From Candidatus Zhuqueibacterota bacterium (lineage in GTDB: Bacteria; Zhuqueibacterota; Zhuqueibacteria; Residuimicrobiales; Residuimicrobiaceae), in NCBI GenBank assembly GCA_016934435.1, contig JAFGSU010000516.1, forward strand, positions 1 to 58,799: a DNA stretch of 58,799 nt, given 5' to 3'. The first letter of the stretch is position 1. The number at the start of each line of letters is the position of its first letter. The notes under the pieces were generated by a model. That model worked only from the letters and a program-made list of their open reading frames with translations, ran no database searches and was not told the DNA's origin. Of the stretch, positions 20,383 through 28,950 are shown piece after piece. The translations under genes and the position numbers were made by a program.

Positions 20383-20838
20383 GTGATTCAGATGGTCCGT
20401 AATATCCAGATTCATGTCCAATGCCCGAATTCCCGTCTGCCGGTGGGAGATATGGAACTTTTAGCAGACCTGATTTTAAAAAAATACCATAGCAGAAAAG
20501 GATGGCAGGTCTCCATTATCCTCGTCAATGATGAGCAAATGATCAGGCTCAATAGAACTTATTTTAATAAAATAATGCCCACCGATGTGATCTCTTTTAA
20601 TATGGATGATAATGACCATCCGTCGTTCCTGCAAGGTGAAATTTATATAGATATAGATCAGGCTTCTTTACAAGCACGACGATATGGGGCGTCTTTGCAA
20701 AATGAAATCTTACGCCTGACCGCGCATGGCATCTTTCATCTGTTGGGATATACCGACGAAACTGAAGAAAGCAGTTTGATGATGACAAAACTTGAAGATG
20801 AAATCTTAACCGAATTTGAGCAGTTTGGTCGGAATTAA
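20383..20838 (+). CDS. ybeY: rRNA maturation endoribonuclease YbeY
   Basis: 151 aa. The metal motif HGIFHLLGYTDE aligns with HGxLHLxGYDH. The position after phoH/HD is the usual synteny. The start is uncertain: GTG at 20383 or ATG at 20392. Confidence 0.88.
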   Translation: MIQMVRNIQIHVQCPNSRLPVGDMELLADLILKKYHSRKGWQVSIILVNDEQMIRLNRTYFNKIMPTDVISFNMDDNDHPSFLQGEIYIDIDQASLQARRYGASLQNEILRLTAHGIFHLLGYTDETEESSLMMTKLEDEILTEFEQFGRN

Positions 20839-20845
20839 AAATCCC

Positions 20846-20874
20846 TTGACAATAAGGTAAATTTTTGATAATAT
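20846..20874 (+). promoter_or_regulatory. Near-consensus sigma70-type promoter (TTGACA-17-TAATAT)
   Basis: TTGACA at 20846-20851, a 17-nt spacer, then TAATAT at 20869-20874. The predicted start at about 20881 lies roughly 20 nt upstream of repeat copy B. Confidence 0.6.
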
Positions 20875-20903
20875 TAAAAGAACGTCGCATATTATATTTT
20901 CCC

Positions 20904-20985
20904 AGATTCGGTATTAACTGGTAAATAGAATTGATACAGCGCCACCCACAGGGTTGCCGAAATAACTTGCAGACACCGAATCGGT
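20904..20985 (+). repeat. Conserved intergenic element, full copy B (candidate 5'-leader RNA or operator)
   Basis: AGATTCGGTATTAACTGGTAAAT...GCGCCACCCACAGGG...GCCGAAATAACTTGCAGACACCGAATCGGT. The palindrome at 20975-20985 ends 27 nt before the ATG at 21012. Confidence 0.8.
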
Positions 20986-21011
20986 GATTTTAATTCTGAT
21001 GGAGGCTGACC

Positions 21012-22160
21012 ATGCATGTGCTCCGATTTGATTACCGGGATTTATTTCGCGCTCCCAGATTGGCATTCAGCATGCAACGTATCTGGATACAGTTTTTTGG
21101 CATGAGTATTGGATATGGCGTCTATTTGGTATTAACCTATATTGCTTTCCTGATCAATGGAACTTCTATCACGCAGACGTGGGAGGCGTTCGGTCTTGCA
21201 CCCTGTTTGTTTGCCGCCTGGGGTTCAATTGCCTGGTACGCCTGGTTGGCGTTCGCTTTTGCTATCTTTGCATTATTTTTTGTTTTTTTAATCACCAATA
21301 CTGCCGTTGCCAGAGTGACATACATGGTTTCGAAGGGCAACCACTTTTACAGTTCGCGAGAAGCATTATCGTTTTCGTTGCGAAAAATGGCAGCCGTTCT
21401 CTCGACGCCTTCTTCGCTATTGCTATTGCTGGTGTGCATGGTTGTCGGCAGTATGATATTGGGTCTGATCGGGCGTATTGCCTATTTCGGAGAATTGGTT
21501 GTCGGAATATTTTCAATACTATGGTTCCTGTCGGCTTTACTATTTATTTATATTTTCCTGGTCTTTCTCGCTTCGTTTCTTCTAACACCAAGCATCATCG
21601 CTTGTACGGATGAGGACGCTTTTGAGGCTGTTTTTCAGACTTTTTCCATTACATGGGGGCAACCCTGGCGCCTGATTCTCTATGAGATCATTACTATCAT
21701 ACTTGCTCTATTTTCGATGGGCGTTCTTGCCTTTCTGGGTAAGCGAGCGATTATGTTGACAAATGTACTGCTCTGCCGTTTTATGGGTATGGATTATATC
21801 ATCTTGTCTAATAATGGACAGGCGCTCGTGCAAAACTGGATCATTGCAATCGAAGCCCCCTTACGGGCCATATATCACAACTTTACAGGGCAAATATTTT
21901 TCACCAATGAATTTATCTATACGCCGACAAATAATGTGGCATTAACCATCGCCTCGTTTTTGTTTGCCCTCAGTCTGCTGTGTTTCGGCGCTTGGATTCT
22001 CGCTTACGGTCTATCGACATTTACAGTTGGTAATACCTTGACTTATCTTATTTTGCGGCATAAAAAAGATGGGGAAAATCTGCTGGAGCGAAAAGATAAA
22101 GAAGAAGAAAGCGAAGAGTCTGAGACGAATGAGGTGAGCAGCGAACAGGCGCCCGGATAA
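21012..22160 (+). CDS. Polytopic inner-membrane protein with an acidic C-terminal tail (unknown function)
   Basis: 382 aa. GGAGG lies 6 nt upstream of the ATG. There are about 8 hydrophobic segments, and the C-terminus is KDKEEESEESETNEVSSEQ. Confidence 0.7.
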   Translation: MHVLRFDYRDLFRAPRLAFSMQRIWIQFFGMSIGYGVYLVLTYIAFLINGTSITQTWEAFGLAPCLFAAWGSIAWYAWLAFAFAIFALFFVFLITNTAVARVTYMVSKGNHFYSSREALSFSLRKMAAVLSTPSSLLLLLVCMVVGSMILGLIGRIAYFGELVVGIFSILWFLSALLFIYIFLVFLASFLLTPSIIACTDEDAFEAVFQTFSITWGQPWRLILYEIITIILALFSMGVLAFLGKRAIMLTNVLLCRFMGMDYIILSNNGQALVQNWIIAIEAPLRAIYHNFTGQIFFTNEFIYTPTNNVALTIASFLFALSLLCFGAWILAYGLSTFTVGNTLTYLILRHKKDGENLLERKDKEEESEESETNEVSSEQAPG

Positions 22161-22300
22161 AGAAAAAAACGAGCCGGATAGCGGCGCCGGCAGCGATTAA
22201 GTTGGTTATGTTTGCTATCCAATGCAAACATTCTGTTTAAGACTGTCGGCTAAAACAAAAAGTTGGGCAACATGAGATGAAGCAGCGAAGGTGAATCGAA

Positions 22301-23584
22301 ATGTCTGTATTTGTAAAAATTAAAGATAAGCAGTTAGGGCCCTATTCCTACCAGGAGCTCAAGCAGCTGGTGGGACAGGGTGCTTTCAGCAAAGAAGACC
22401 TGATATTCCATGAGGAACGGCAGGAATGGGTAAAAGCGGCCCAGATAGAGGAAATTCGTCAATTATTTCCGGACCAGCACTATTCGGCAACCGGGCGAAC
22501 AGTTTTCGCTGTCGGTGGAGGAAAGGGTGGGGTTGGCAAAACCGTTCTCACCGCTTCAATAGGTATTGGCCTGGCGACATTGGGTTACAAGGTGGTCATT
22601 GTTGACGCCGATTTGGGCGGCGCGAATTTGCACACCTGCATGGGTATTTTGGAGCCGGAGTATACTTTTTACGATTTTTACTCATTACAAAAGGACAACC
22701 TGGTAGACATATTACTTGATACGCCCATAGAAAATTTAAAACTTATCAGTGGGGCTTGCGGCACGCTGGGGTTGGCTAATCCTCGCTACTCACAAAAATT
22801 AAAATTTATCAATCAACTGAGACGGATCAACGCCGATTTTATCTTGCTTGACCTGGGGGCTGGATCATCATTCAACGTCATCGATTTTTTCCTCGCTGCC
22901 GACCAGGGGATCGCCGTTACCTCGCCCGAACCCATGGCCATCCAGGAGACTTTTAACTTTATTAAAATATCGTTGATGCGACGACTCTTGCGAGAGTTTA
23001 AAGATAATCCACAGGTGATTTCAAAATTAGAACAAAACGCCTTCTCAGAATCAGGCCGCATGGCTGCAACCCTGGAATCGGTTATAGAGCAGATACGTAT
23101 CATAGATACCAAGGCTGCTGAGAGTATGCAGCATACCATCGACCGATTCAAACCCTCCCTTATTCTGAATATGGTTCATTCCCAGGAGGAAATTAAAGAG
23201 GGTATGGCACTACGCACAGCAGTCGAGGATCTTTTGTCTTTAAAAATGGATTATATGGGTTATGTTGATTATGATGATTCCGTTCGCAAGGCGGTAAAAG
23301 AACTTCGGCCTTTTGTGATCGATAATCCAAAATCAAAAGCATCGAGGAGTCTGGCAAAATTAATCACCATCGGACTTTTAGGAAAAACAGGCTGGAGCGG
23401 TTTTAAAGAAAAACGGAGAGTACTAAAACACATAACCCAGGATGCAAAAACTTATCCGGCAAATAGCCTTAAAGAAAGCGATACCATTTGCTCGGTGCAA
23501 TGTTTTTACTGGGGCGATTGTGAATACCAAAATGGCGGCTATCCCTGTCCCGTTCGTCATCTGGACCCCATTTTTCGACGTTAA
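22301..23584 (+). CDS. GYF_2-domain / MinD-ParA-FlhG-type P-loop ATPase with a C-terminal Cys motif
   Basis: The N-terminal ~55 aa (GPYSYQELKQLVGQGAFSKEDLIFHEERQEWVKA) are GYF_2-like. The deviant Walker A is GGGKGGVGKT, followed by VIVDADLGG. The C-terminus is CSVQCFYWGDCEYQNGGYPCP. Confidence 0.8.
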   Translation: MSVFVKIKDKQLGPYSYQELKQLVGQGAFSKEDLIFHEERQEWVKAAQIEEIRQLFPDQHYSATGRTVFAVGGGKGGVGKTVLTASIGIGLATLGYKVVIVDADLGGANLHTCMGILEPEYTFYDFYSLQKDNLVDILLDTPIENLKLISGACGTLGLANPRYSQKLKFINQLRRINADFILLDLGAGSSFNVIDFFLAADQGIAVTSPEPMAIQETFNFIKISLMRRLLREFKDNPQVISKLEQNAFSESGRMAATLESVIEQIRIIDTKAAESMQHTIDRFKPSLILNMVHSQEEIKEGMALRTAVEDLLSLKMDYMGYVDYDDSVRKAVKELRPFVIDNPKSKASRSLAKLITIGLLGKTGWSGFKEKRRVLKHITQDAKTYPANSLKESDTICSVQCFYWGDCEYQNGGYPCPVRHLDPIFRR

Positions 23585-23668
23585 TATATTTCTTTTTCAT
23601 AACCTTTATTTTAATTATAATATAAGGTGAGCAACAGGTTCACCTTTTTTATTGTGCAAGGTCGAAAT

Positions 23669-25039
23669 ATGAAGCTTTTCTTGTCATTATGGCACAGAAC
23701 ATCAAAACGGTTACATCCGTCTCACACCCTGGCGATCAGTTTTTTTATTTTCATAATGATCGGCACCGGTTTGCTCTATACACAATGGAGCTGCAATGGC
23801 GATCGATTAAGCTTTATTGATGCTCTTTTCACGGCGACTTCCGCCACCTGTGTTACCGGACTCATCACTCAGGATACCGGCGCCTTTTTTACACGGTTCG
23901 GGCAACTTGTCATTTTAGCTTTGATTCAGCTCGGTGGACTGGGGATCATGACCTTTTCCACCTTTTTCGCATATATCATCGCAGGGCGGTTCACTCTACG
24001 CGGCAGGGATTTGATCGAGACCAGTGTAAGCAGCAAACCAGTCCCCTACCTTGGGAAACTGCTGCTTTTTACAGTGGTCGGCACGCTCATCGTCGAGGCG
24101 ATCGGAGCTGTCATCCTGACCTTTAGATTTTCACAGGACTATCCGCTGGACCGCTCTATTTATCTGGCTATATTTCATGCCGTCTCTGCGTTCTGCAATG
24201 CAGGATTTTCGCTGTTCTCAGACAGTTTAATCGCTTACCAGAACGATTGGATTATTAACGCCACGGTCCTCTGTCTTATCATTATCGGAGGCATTGGATT
24301 CTGGGTTCTTTATGATTTAATGAATTTATTCAAGAATGGCTCAGGACAGCTGACCTTACATAGCAAATTAGTTCTTACGGTGACCGCTTCGTTGGTATTA
24401 TTCGGAGCCATGCTGTTTTTATTTTTTGAATGGAATCATACATTACAGCCCATACCGATGAATGGAAAAATACTCTCTTCTATTTTCCAATCTGTGACGG
24501 CTCGAACAGCCGGTTTTAATACCGTGGACGTAGGCGGACTCGATGAAGGCTCCCTGTTGATGCTGATGATTCTTATGGTCATCGGCGCTTCCCCCAGTTC
24601 TACGGGAGGGGGTATTAAAACCACAACGTTCGGAGTAATCCTTGCTCTTATTTTTTCTCGCTTGCGTTCTCAGGAACAGGTGCGGCTTTTTAATCGTGGT
24701 ATTCCCGAGTCCATTGTATCCAAGGCTATTGGCATCAGTTTTTTCTGGATTGTTACTGTTACTGTTGCTGTGATGTGTTTGTTGGTCAGTGAATCGTATG
24801 GTGTTTTGGGACATGCCCCGCGCGGGATGATGATGGATATTTTTTTTGAATGCTTTTCTGCTTTCGGAACGGTGGGGCTCAGCACAGGCATCACCCCGCT
24901 TTTGACCAAGGCAGGGAAAGTAGTGATCATTATACTCATGTATGTTGGACGAATAGGGCCCATAACGCTTGCATTGGCGATTGCGAATAAACCGCCCTTA
25001 CGAATCCGATATGCAGAAGAGAAAATAATTATCGGCTGA
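23669..25039 (+). CDS. trkH: TrkH/KtrB-family K+ transporter membrane subunit
   Basis: Repeated M1-P-M2 units carry selectivity-filter-like sequences (TATCVTGL, NAGFS, RTAGFNT, GTVGLSTG). The ATG at 23669 follows AAGG. The ORF track uses the GTG at 23627. Confidence 0.9.
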   Translation: MKLFLSLWHRTSKRLHPSHTLAISFFIFIMIGTGLLYTQWSCNGDRLSFIDALFTATSATCVTGLITQDTGAFFTRFGQLVILALIQLGGLGIMTFSTFFAYIIAGRFTLRGRDLIETSVSSKPVPYLGKLLLFTVVGTLIVEAIGAVILTFRFSQDYPLDRSIYLAIFHAVSAFCNAGFSLFSDSLIAYQNDWIINATVLCLIIIGGIGFWVLYDLMNLFKNGSGQLTLHSKLVLTVTASLVLFGAMLFLFFEWNHTLQPIPMNGKILSSIFQSVTARTAGFNTVDVGGLDEGSLLMLMILMVIGASPSSTGGGIKTTTFGVILALIFSRLRSQEQVRLFNRGIPESIVSKAIGISFFWIVTVTVAVMCLLVSESYGVLGHAPRGMMMDIFFECFSAFGTVGLSTGITPLLTKAGKVVIIILMYVGRIGPITLALAIANKPPLRIRYAEEKIIIG

Positions 25040-25095
25040 TATTTATTTTCACGATCTTGTAAGATATTATCCATGAGGTTCGATTGATAAATCTT

Positions 25096-25177
25096 AAATT
25101 CGGTATTAACCGGTAAACAAAAGCGATGAGCCGATACATTCGGGATAGATGAATAATCTGGTAAACACCGAATCGGT
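25096..25177 (+). repeat. Conserved intergenic element, full copy C (variant core), between trkH and trkA
   Basis: AAATTCGGTATTAACCGGTAAAC...CCGATACATTCGG...GAATAATCTGGTAAACACCGAATCGGT. The palindrome at 25167-25177 ends 32 nt before the ATG at 25210. Confidence 0.8.
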
Positions 25178-25209
25178 ATAAATTTTGACTTGAAGAAGAG
25201 AGCGAAAAT

Positions 25210-25866
25210 ATGAAATCCTTTGCTATTTTAGGATTAAGCAGTTTTGGCCATTATTTGGCCAAGGCGCTTTCTAAACAGGGTCACCAAATAATGGCTATCG
25301 ATATCAATGAAGATAAAATTGAAAAAATCCGTCAATATGTCGATCGCGCCATTGTGGCTGATGCATGCGATAAAGAGACGCTGGCCGGCCTGGGCCTTGC
25401 TGAATTGGATGGCGTCGTCGTCAGCCTGGGTGAGGAGATTGATGCCAGTGTGCTGGTAACATTATATTTACGCGACCTGGGCGTGAAAAAGATAATCGCC
25501 AAAGCACTGACAGAAGATCATGGCCGCATATTGGATATTATCGGTGCGACACGTGTTGTTTTTCCGGAAAAGGATGAGGCCTACCGTGTGGCCAATACCC
25601 TGGAGAGCAATTACTTGCTTGATACGATCGTGCTGGGAGATGAATTCAGCATAATCGAGCTGGCGCCGCCGCAAGCTTTTATAGCTAAAACGCTGGGGGA
25701 ACTGGATTTGCGCAATAAATATGGTGTCTTGGTTTTGATCATCAAAGAGGTGATCCCCGATAATGTGGTGCTCATTCCTACGGCGGATCGGATTATTAAA
25801 GACAGTGATATTCTGATGTTGTTGGGTAAAAATGAAGATCTTGAAAAAATAAAAAAGATGAAGTAA
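25210..25866 (+). CDS. trkA: TrkA/KtrA-type K+ uptake regulatory subunit (RCK: TrkA-N + TrkA-C)
   Basis: 218 aa. The Rossmann motif is ILGLSSFGHYLAKAL. The C-terminal TrkA-C domain includes GELDLRNKYGVLVLIIK. Confidence 0.9.
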   Translation: MKSFAILGLSSFGHYLAKALSKQGHQIMAIDINEDKIEKIRQYVDRAIVADACDKETLAGLGLAELDGVVVSLGEEIDASVLVTLYLRDLGVKKIIAKALTEDHGRILDIIGATRVVFPEKDEAYRVANTLESNYLLDTIVLGDEFSIIELAPPQAFIAKTLGELDLRNKYGVLVLIIKEVIPDNVVLIPTADRIIKDSDILMLLGKNEDLEKIKKMK

Positions 25867-25962
25867 ATTTGGTCGATTGATAATTATTTCGGAATATTCC
25901 TATCGATAGTTTGATTAATAAAAAGTAAAATATGTACCTTTTCAACAGAGGTGATTACAAAA

Positions 25963-26430
25963 ATGCCACTTCAGGTTATTCATATCATCCGCGATATGAC
26001 CGATCGCGGAGAGCACACAGCATCGAAAGTTAAGTCGTTCTGTTGTTCAGATACGGAAGCCCCATTACAGGTCAATTGGGAACCCAACACCGACATCGTA
26101 GAATGCGAGGATCATGTAGAAATTCGCATGGAGCTGGCGGGCGTTTCTCGCGACCAGGTGGGTGTTTTTTTAAAGAATGGCAGACTATTGGTGCAGGGGG
26201 TTCGGTTTGAAAAAAAACCACAAAACCCAATTTACTACCACCAGTTAGAATGGTCATACGGGTCGTTTGCCAAAATCATTCCATTGCCGGAATCGATTGA
26301 ACATAATGATATAACTGCTACCCTTGATGGCGGATTATTGCAGATCAAAATCTCCAAAGAGAGCAAGGTAGTCGAAGTACCCATTATCAGCGAGCACAAA
26401 TCAGAAACCGATAACCAACATGGTGAATGA
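25963..26430 (+). CDS. Hsp20/alpha-crystallin family small heat-shock protein
   Basis: The alpha-crystallin domain is WEPNTDIVECEDHVEIRMELAGV...GSFAKIIPLPESI...ATLDGGLLQIKISK. The ATG at 25963 lies 8 nt after AGAGGTGA. Confidence 0.88.
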   Translation: MPLQVIHIIRDMTDRGEHTASKVKSFCCSDTEAPLQVNWEPNTDIVECEDHVEIRMELAGVSRDQVGVFLKNGRLLVQGVRFEKKPQNPIYYHQLEWSYGSFAKIIPLPESIEHNDITATLDGGLLQIKISKESKVVEVPIISEHKSETDNQHGE

Positions 26431-26460
26431 ACCCAAAATGGCCAACAAGCGGGAGACAAT

Positions 26461-26504
26461 GCCCCCACAAAATAATGTTCGAACCTGTGGGCGCCAGATC
26501 GGCA
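26461..26504 (+). repeat. Diverged 3'-half copy (F) of the intergenic element with a hairpin, between hsp20 and lon
   Basis: GCCCCCACAAAATAATGTTCGAACCTGTGGGCGCCAGATCGGCA resembles copy E read on its own strand (...AACCTGTGGGCGGCGAATCGGTG). GCCCCCACA pairs with TGTGGGCGC with one mismatch. Confidence 0.45.
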
Positions 26505-26565
26505 TGCGAAAAACGGTCTGAAATTGTCTCATAACATTTATTAACACGACGTATTTGGAGATACA

Positions 26566-28950
26566 ATGGACGAAGTATTTGATATAAAAAAAATAGCCGC
26601 AGATCATGATGAGGTAACCAGGATTCCGGCACAGTTGCCTATTTTACCGTTACGGGATACGGTGATATTCCCCAATATCATAACACCCCTAGTAGTGGCT
26701 CGGGAAAAGTCGGTACAGTTAATCAATGATGTTGTCGCCGGAGATCGAATTCTCGGGTTGGTAGCACAGCGGAAAGCGGAGGTTGAAAATCCAGGAATGG
26801 ATGATATCTTTATTTATGGCTGTGCCGCCGTTATTTTGCGGATGTTAAAATTTCCAGATGGTTCTCTGAGAATTTTGGTCCAGGGTTTATCCAGAATCAA
26901 GCTAAAAGAACTTGTTCAAACACAACCCTATTTGATCTGTGCCGTTGAAACATTAAGAGAGAGTTATTCTCCCTCTACAGAGCTTGAAGCTCTGAAACGC
27001 AATATCGCGATTCAATTTCAAAAGATTGTGAGCCTGATGCCGCAATTACCGGAAGAATTACAGGTCGTTGTCAACAACACAAATAATCCGGATAAATTAG
27101 CCGATTTAATTGCTTCCAACTTGAACCTGTCGTTAACCGAGAAGCAGGAAATAGTCGAGATTCTGGACATAAAAAAACGGTTGCGGAGATTAACAGTTTT
27201 TGTCAATCGTGAATTGCAGGTACTCGAAATGGGGTCAAAAATTCAGGATAAGGTTCAAACTGAACTGGGCAAGAACCAGCGCGAGTATTTTTTACGAGAA
27301 CAGCTACGCGCGATTCAGAAGGAGTTGGGAGTGGGTGATGAGCGCTCGGCGGAGATCGAAGAATTGCGGCAAAAAATTATGGAAGCCGAGATGCCGGAAC
27401 AGGCTGAGAAAGAATCGTTACGAGAATTAGAGCGTTTGTCAAAGATGCAGCCGGGTGCGGCAGAATATACGGTCTCACGCACTTACCTCGACTGGATGCT
27501 GGCATTACCCTGGTCAAAGGCGACAGAAGACAACCTAAATATTCAAGCGGCGGAACAGGTATTGGATGAGGATCACTATGATTTAAAAAAGGTTAAGGAG
27601 CGTATTCTTGAATATCTGGCTGTGCGCAAATTAAAGGCAAACACCAAAGGACCTATCCTGTGTTTTGTCGGTCCCCCCGGTGTGGGGAAAACCTCATTGG
27701 GCCGGTCCATCGCCAGAGCCATGGAGCGAAACTTTGTTCGCATCTCGCTGGGAGGCGTGCATGATGAGGCGGAAATCAGAGGCCATCGGCGAACCTATAT
27801 CGGCTCCCTGCCGGGAAGAATTATACAGGGTATAAAAAATGCGGGGAGCAATAATCCCATTTTTATGCTTGATGAAGTGGATAAGATCGGGATGGATTTT
27901 AGAGGTGATCCGAGTTCCGCGTTACTGGAAGTATTGGATCCCCAACAAAATTTTTCTTTCTCTGATCACTATCTGGACGTACCCTTTGATCTGTCGAATA
28001 CCATGTTTATAACTACAGCTAATGTGCTTGACACCATCCCGGCAGCTTTGCGGGACCGTTTGGAAGTGTTAGAACTGCCCGGCTACATCGAGGAAGAAAA
28101 AATACAGATAGCTTTTTCCTACCTGATTCCCCGACAAATCGAAGAAAATGGATTAAAGAAGAAAGATATTAAATTCAGCAAGTCGATTGTGGCCAAGATT
28201 ATTCGCGACTACACACGCGAAGCCGGAGTGCGGAATCTGGAACGGCAGATAGCGACCGTTTGCAGAAAAGTGGCCAAAAAAGTAGCCAGAGGTGAACAAG
28301 GGCCATTTAAGATAGAGATGGAGCAATTGACCGAAATGCTCGGCCCGGTTAAATTTTACTCTGAAGTCGCTGAACGCACCAGCGAACCGGGTGTTGCCGT
28401 AGGATTGGCATGGACGCCGACCGGGGGAGACATATTGTTCGTTGAAGCCACCCAAATGAGCGGCAACAAGGGTCTGATGCTGACCGGTCAGCTGGGCGAA
28501 GTAATGCGCGAATCGGCTCAGGCCGGACTCTCCTATATCCGTTCACATGCTGAGGAACTGGAAATAGAGCAGAACCATTTCGATAAAAAAGATATTCATG
28601 TCCACGTCCCTGCCGGCGCCATACCAAAAGACGGCCCATCGGCGGGTGTAACCATAGCGACAGCATTGGTTTCGCTCATCCTGCAACGGCCCGTCAGAAA
28701 CGATTTCGCCATGACAGGCGAGATAACGCTCCGCGGTAAAGTACTCCCGGTTGGCGGCATCAAAGAAAAAGTCCTGGCCGCCAGACGCGCCGGAATTCGT
28801 AATATTATTTTACCGGAAAGAAACAGTGACGATCTGGAAGAAATACCACCGAATGTAAAAAGAGGTATGAAATTTTACTTTGTCAACCAGCTCGATCAGG
28901 TCCTGCAAACGGCTCTGGCAAAACGCAGAAAGCATCGGAGAAAAAAATGA
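26566..28950 (+). CDS. lon: ATP-dependent Lon protease (LonA)
   Basis: 794 aa with an N-terminal LON domain. Walker A is GPPGVGKTS and Walker B is FMLDEVDK. The protease domain carries PKDGPSAGV (catalytic Ser) and ...[19 protein letters not shown]. Confidence 0.97.
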   Translation: MDEVFDIKKIAADHDEVTRIPAQLPILPLRDTVIFPNIITPLVVAREKSVQLINDVVAGDRILGLVAQRKAEVENPGMDDIFIYGCAAVILRMLKFPDGSLRILVQGLSRIKLKELVQTQPYLICAVETLRESYSPSTELEALKRNIAIQFQKIVSLMPQLPEELQVVVNNTNNPDKLADLIASNLNLSLTEKQEIVEILDIKKRLRRLTVFVNRELQVLEMGSKIQDKVQTELGKNQREYFLREQLRAIQKELGVGDERSAEIEELRQKIMEAEMPEQAEKESLRELERLSKMQPGAAEYTVSRTYLDWMLALPWSKATEDNLNIQAAEQVLDEDHYDLKKVKERILEYLAVRKLKANTKGPILCFVGPPGVGKTSLGRSIARAMERNFVRISLGGVHDEAEIRGHRRTYIGSLPGRIIQGIKNAGSNNPIFMLDEVDKIGMDFRGDPSSALLEVLDPQQNFSFSDHYLDVPFDLSNTMFITTANVLDTIPAALRDRLEVLELPGYIEEEKIQIAFSYLIPRQIEENGLKKKDIKFSKSIVAKIIRDYTREAGVRNLERQIATVCRKVAKKVARGEQGPFKIEMEQLTEMLGPVKFYSEVAERTSEPGVAVGLAWTPTGGDILFVEATQMSGNKGLMLTGQLGEVMRESAQAGLSYIRSHAEELEIEQNHFDKKDIHVHVPAGAIPKDGPSAGVTIATALVSLILQRPVRNDFAMTGEITLRGKVLPVGGIKEKVLAARRAGIRNIILPERNSDDLEEIPPNVKRGMKFYFVNQLDQVLQTALAKRRKHRRKK

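Noticed and set aside
25096-25177. The idea that the element upstream of trkA is a ydaO-type c-di-AMP riboswitch. K+ transporter context, a PgpH-like phosphodiesterase gene in the window, and a CCGAAUC string prompted it.
   Set aside because: The element is only ~82 nt. I cannot find the ydaO hallmarks as I remember them: pseudo-two-fold architecture, GGGGA/ACCC-type blocks and the ACAGCUAACCUCGUAAGC-like 3' segment. The other copies precede unrelated genes. A cmscan with RF00379 would settle it, but I cannot run one.
25891-25900. A perfect 10-bp palindrome, GGAATATTCC, upstream of hsp20, as a possible heat-shock operator.
   Set aside because: About 57 perfect 10-bp palindromes are expected by chance in 58.8 kb. 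It matches no bacterial heat-shock operator I know (CIRCE, HAIR, CtsR box) and occurs only once.
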